Of a DNA stretch of 64,000 nt, positions 61,148-64,000 are shown piece after piece. Origin of the DNA: Hydrolagus colliei (taxonomy: Eukaryota); assembly GCA_035084275.1 (NCBI GenBank), contig CM068750.1:7130001-7194000 (forward strand), written 5' to 3'. The position numbers were made by a program, and so were the translations under genes. The notes beneath the pieces were generated by a model. The model searched no databases. It was given only the letters and a program-made list of their open reading frames with translations, and had not been told where the DNA came from. How positions within the stretch are numbered: position 1 is the first letter of the stretch; the number at the start of each line of letters is the position of its first letter.

Positions 61148-61625
61148 AAAACAACAATAAAATTATATTTATATAGCGCCTTTCACATCAGGAGGATATC
61201 CCAAGGTGCTGGACAGTCAATGTTTCAAACCCGAGCTGGAGTCGGGAACGGGGAGGGTGGAGGGAGGGAAAGGAGGGGATTTGGGGTGACCGATGGGACC
61301 ATGAAAGAGGATGGTCTTGAGGCGGGATTTGAAGGAGGCCAGGGAGGGGGCGAGATGGAGGGACTGTAGGATGGAATTCCAGAGGTTAGGGGCAGAATGG
61401 CTGAAGGGTCGCCTACTGGCGGTGGGGCGGGGGGGTCAGGGGACATGGAGCGGGCTGGAGCCCGCTGAGCAGAGTGGGCAGATTGGTAGGGGGTCAGGAG
61501 GTCACAGAGGTAGGGTGGGGCAAGGTCGTGGAGGGCTTTGAAGGTGAGGAGTAGGATCTTGAAATGAATCCTCTGGGTGATGGGGAGCCAATGGAGTCGG
61601 GTGAGAATGGGGGAGGTGGGGATAT
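61148..61625 (-). mobile_element. L2-clade LINE 3' end (ORF2 C-terminus, 3' UTR, tail)
   Basis: Translation SPILTRLHWLPITQRIHFKILLLTFKALHDLAPPYLCDLL is the classic L2 ORF2 C-terminal motif; tail gtgaaaggcgctatataaatataattttattgttg. Confidence 0.92.
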
Positions 61626-62039
61626 GGAGCTTAGAGCAATAGAGGACAGGGACCGCAGTACTTACACTTACATTAAAATCATCCAATCCCTTACTCTTTA
61701 CCAGGTGCAGTAAGGAAACCTAATTAGTTCAATGAACCAGAAATGAGTCACTTGACCTCTGAAAATGCACTGAAAGGGTACTACTCTAGCCGAAAGCTTT
61801 GGAAAATGTTGAGATCCAAAGCAAGGAAACCCCACTTCAGAGAAGCCAAAGGAGATCTTCTGATTAAAGTCTCCTTGTGATGAGCAACATTCACAATCCA
61901 AGCCAAACCCCGACCACTGGGACAGCCTGAGAGCAAATCACAACATTTGTAATTACAGTCTTAAAGAACTAAAGGGGACTGAGACGACTGCCAAAAGTGA
62001 TTTAATATCAAGAAGCCAGCAAAGGAAAATACAGCTTAT

Positions 62040-62190
62040 ATTGGCAGTGCAGAAGAGCAATTGCAGTAGAGTCCCTGAAGGCAGGAAGGGACAAACCAAG
62101 TAACTATAGGCCAGTGAGTTTAAAGTCAGTAGTGGGAAATTTGTCAGAATCCATCATCAGGTTGGAGTAAGGAAGCACTTGAATAAGTAA
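62040..62190 (+). mobile_element. Degenerate CR1 RT fragment
   Basis: aagggacaaaccaagtaactataggccagtgagtttaaagtcagtagtgggaaat encodes DKPSNYRPVSLKSVVG. Confidence 0.7.
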
Positions 62191-62427
62191 AGGGCAACCC
62201 TGTTATTAAGCTTCTCGCTTGAATAAAATATTGCTTGGAATACAGAGTTCCTATGGATACTGTATCCATGTTTGTAGAATACACTGAGCAATGGGCTATG
62301 GGTAACAGCTGGCCATTTTACAAACCTGGTTCTTCAGATTTCATTGAATGGACCTTAAATGTTACCTAAAATTTTCCAAACCAGGGATTACCGACTTGAT
62401 AGCTGCAAGTGGAGACCTGTAGCAGGT

Positions 62428-62793
62428 GGAGTTCCCATAGCTCAGTGGTTAGAGCACTCGCCTCGCAAGCGAGAGACTTGCATTCTATTCCTGGGAGGGC
62501 AAAATGTTGGGCACGTTTCTTACTCCACATGCCTCTGCTTACCCAGCAGTTACTAGGAACCCAGTTGGTAGTCGATTGGTTGATAGTTTTTCCGGAGATA
62601 ATAATCCTTTTTAAAAAATTATAATTTGGTCACTGAATCTCTGACTATTTGTGGACACTGCTGTGCACAATTGGCTACCACTTTGTGCCCACAAATAAAC
62701 AGTCAATTCACTTTACAGTATATTCTGCAAAGCTCTTTGAGACATCGAGAAGACTTGAAAAGCGCGATATCAAATGCAAAGATTATTATTATT
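62428..62793 (+). mobile_element. Family A SINE, full length, long form
   Basis: tRNA-Ala-like head with an intact anticodon arm ctcgc-ctcgcaa-gcgag, extra block at 62535-62597, tail atatcaaatgcaaagattattattatt. Confidence 0.92.
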
Positions 62794-63814
62794 AATTAAT
62801 GCAGCAAATCTATACTATGAACAAACGAGACCCTGTTGTCTTGAATCATATTAAAACCAGTCAGGGAATAGCACTGCAATCCACCTAGCCCAGTGAATAG
62901 ATTCATAAGAATTCCCCTTTTAATGCTCTTGTCTAAAATTTGCAACAAGTTTGAAATAAAAGAAACCCTATCAATCTAAGAACATTTGTACGATAACTCA
63001 CTTGTGGAAAGAAAATGTTTTAGAAATCCATGCAGTATCTTGCAATGTCACTATCATATAGATTCTTCGAAAGGCAGGTAACAAACTGGGTAATTTGTCA
63101 GAGAATGAGATACATTCTCTTTGGACTTAAGGTTAAAAAAAAATTGATCAAGTGTAACATCTGTAAAAATGGACTGTAAATTGTCGAGCTTCACAAGCAA
63201 AAGGTAACATCAAAATGTACACTATCTTTTGAACATTGGCATTGAATACATGGAAGTAAATCATTGTGGGAGCTGTTATTCAGTCAAGAATGTAATTACA
63301 TACCTTCAAATAAAACTTAAAAGGACACAACAAGTTATAAAATGTATGTTTTCAGCAGGAGGCATAAAGGAATGTCAAGAAGGTAAAAAAATGCTAACAT
63401 CCTCATGTTGGCTTCTATCTGAGGATTAAAAGCAAATACTTAAATTCCAAAGGAATATGTAGCTAAGTGCAGGTATGTAAATACAGTACCTCTCCGGTAG
63501 TCATTATAGTGTATACTCTGTGGTTAAAGTTTTAGTTTTATTATAACATAGAAAAGTTCAAGTTATTTGTTTATCATTTAGAAATATTTTTACTGTTTAC
63601 ACCTTCAACTAGAAGAGCTCAATGGCCTGGGCCCCAAACACCTTCACCTTTCTCCTCAATGCTGCTCTGACTTTGGTTGGCAGAAGCCTCTGGGAGGCAG
63701 GACTGATCATGTATGGTTATTCACTGTGTTGCCTCCAAAAGCCAAAATTGCTGAAGACAGAACTGGAATGTGCATGATCTGGTCAACCCCAACTGAGATC
63801 AGCTAATTCATCAT

Positions 63815-64000
63815 AACAACAAACAACAAAATTACATTTATAGAGTGTCTTTCACGTCGGGAGGGAGCTGAACGATGCTGAAAGCGCTGTACAGTCAGAT
63901 CGGGAATCGAGCACTGGGTAGGGGGAAGGGGAAGGAGAGTAAGAGAGGTGGAAGAGTTAGGAGGGAAGTGGAAGGCACGGTCGAAGAGGAAGGTCTTGAG
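63815..64000 (-). mobile_element. L2 3' end running off the window
   Basis: aacaacaaaattacatttatagagtgtctttcacgtc... and gaagaggaaggtcttgag parallel 61150-61320. Confidence 0.75.

Noticed and set aside
61225-61686. 153-aa ORF as a host gene
   Set aside because: L2 ORF2 C-terminal remnant that frame-shifts into the element's 3' UTR.
62428-62500. tRNA-Ala-like sequences (also at 9049, 28851, 36698 and 51986)
   Set aside because: They are SINE heads: no acceptor stem closure, and they continue into a shared SINE body.

Overview
AT-rich vertebrate genomic DNA. The repeat content (CR1, L2, Deu-type SINEs and a shark-type Penelope-like repeat) points to a cartilaginous fish, possibly a chimaera; this is inference. 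The only host protein-coding gene I can support is BMP4 on the minus strand. It has two coding exons (45855-45504 and 44297-43411; 412 aa, GT-AG phase-1 intron), at least two 5' UTR exons (one ending at 48755, and 46882-46757), and an AU-rich 3' UTR with AATAAA at 43214-43209. The gene lies in a CpG-rich, microsatellite-dense ~13 kb zone with no recognisable transposon. The flanks are gene desert containing a young CR1 with an open RT frame, L2 3' ends, three SINE-like families and several enhancer-like blocks. The most interesting signal is in the spliced 5' leader. A 17-codon uORF starts at an ATG formed by the last three bases of exon 1. 42 nt after its stop, a second 17-codon uORF with a strong Kozak context begins and overlaps the BMP4 start codon out of frame. 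This resembles the ATF4 re-initiation layout and, from my recollection of human BMP4 mRNA, appears conserved. All cross-species comparisons are from memory and need alignment. Nearly all other ORFs in the track look spurious.
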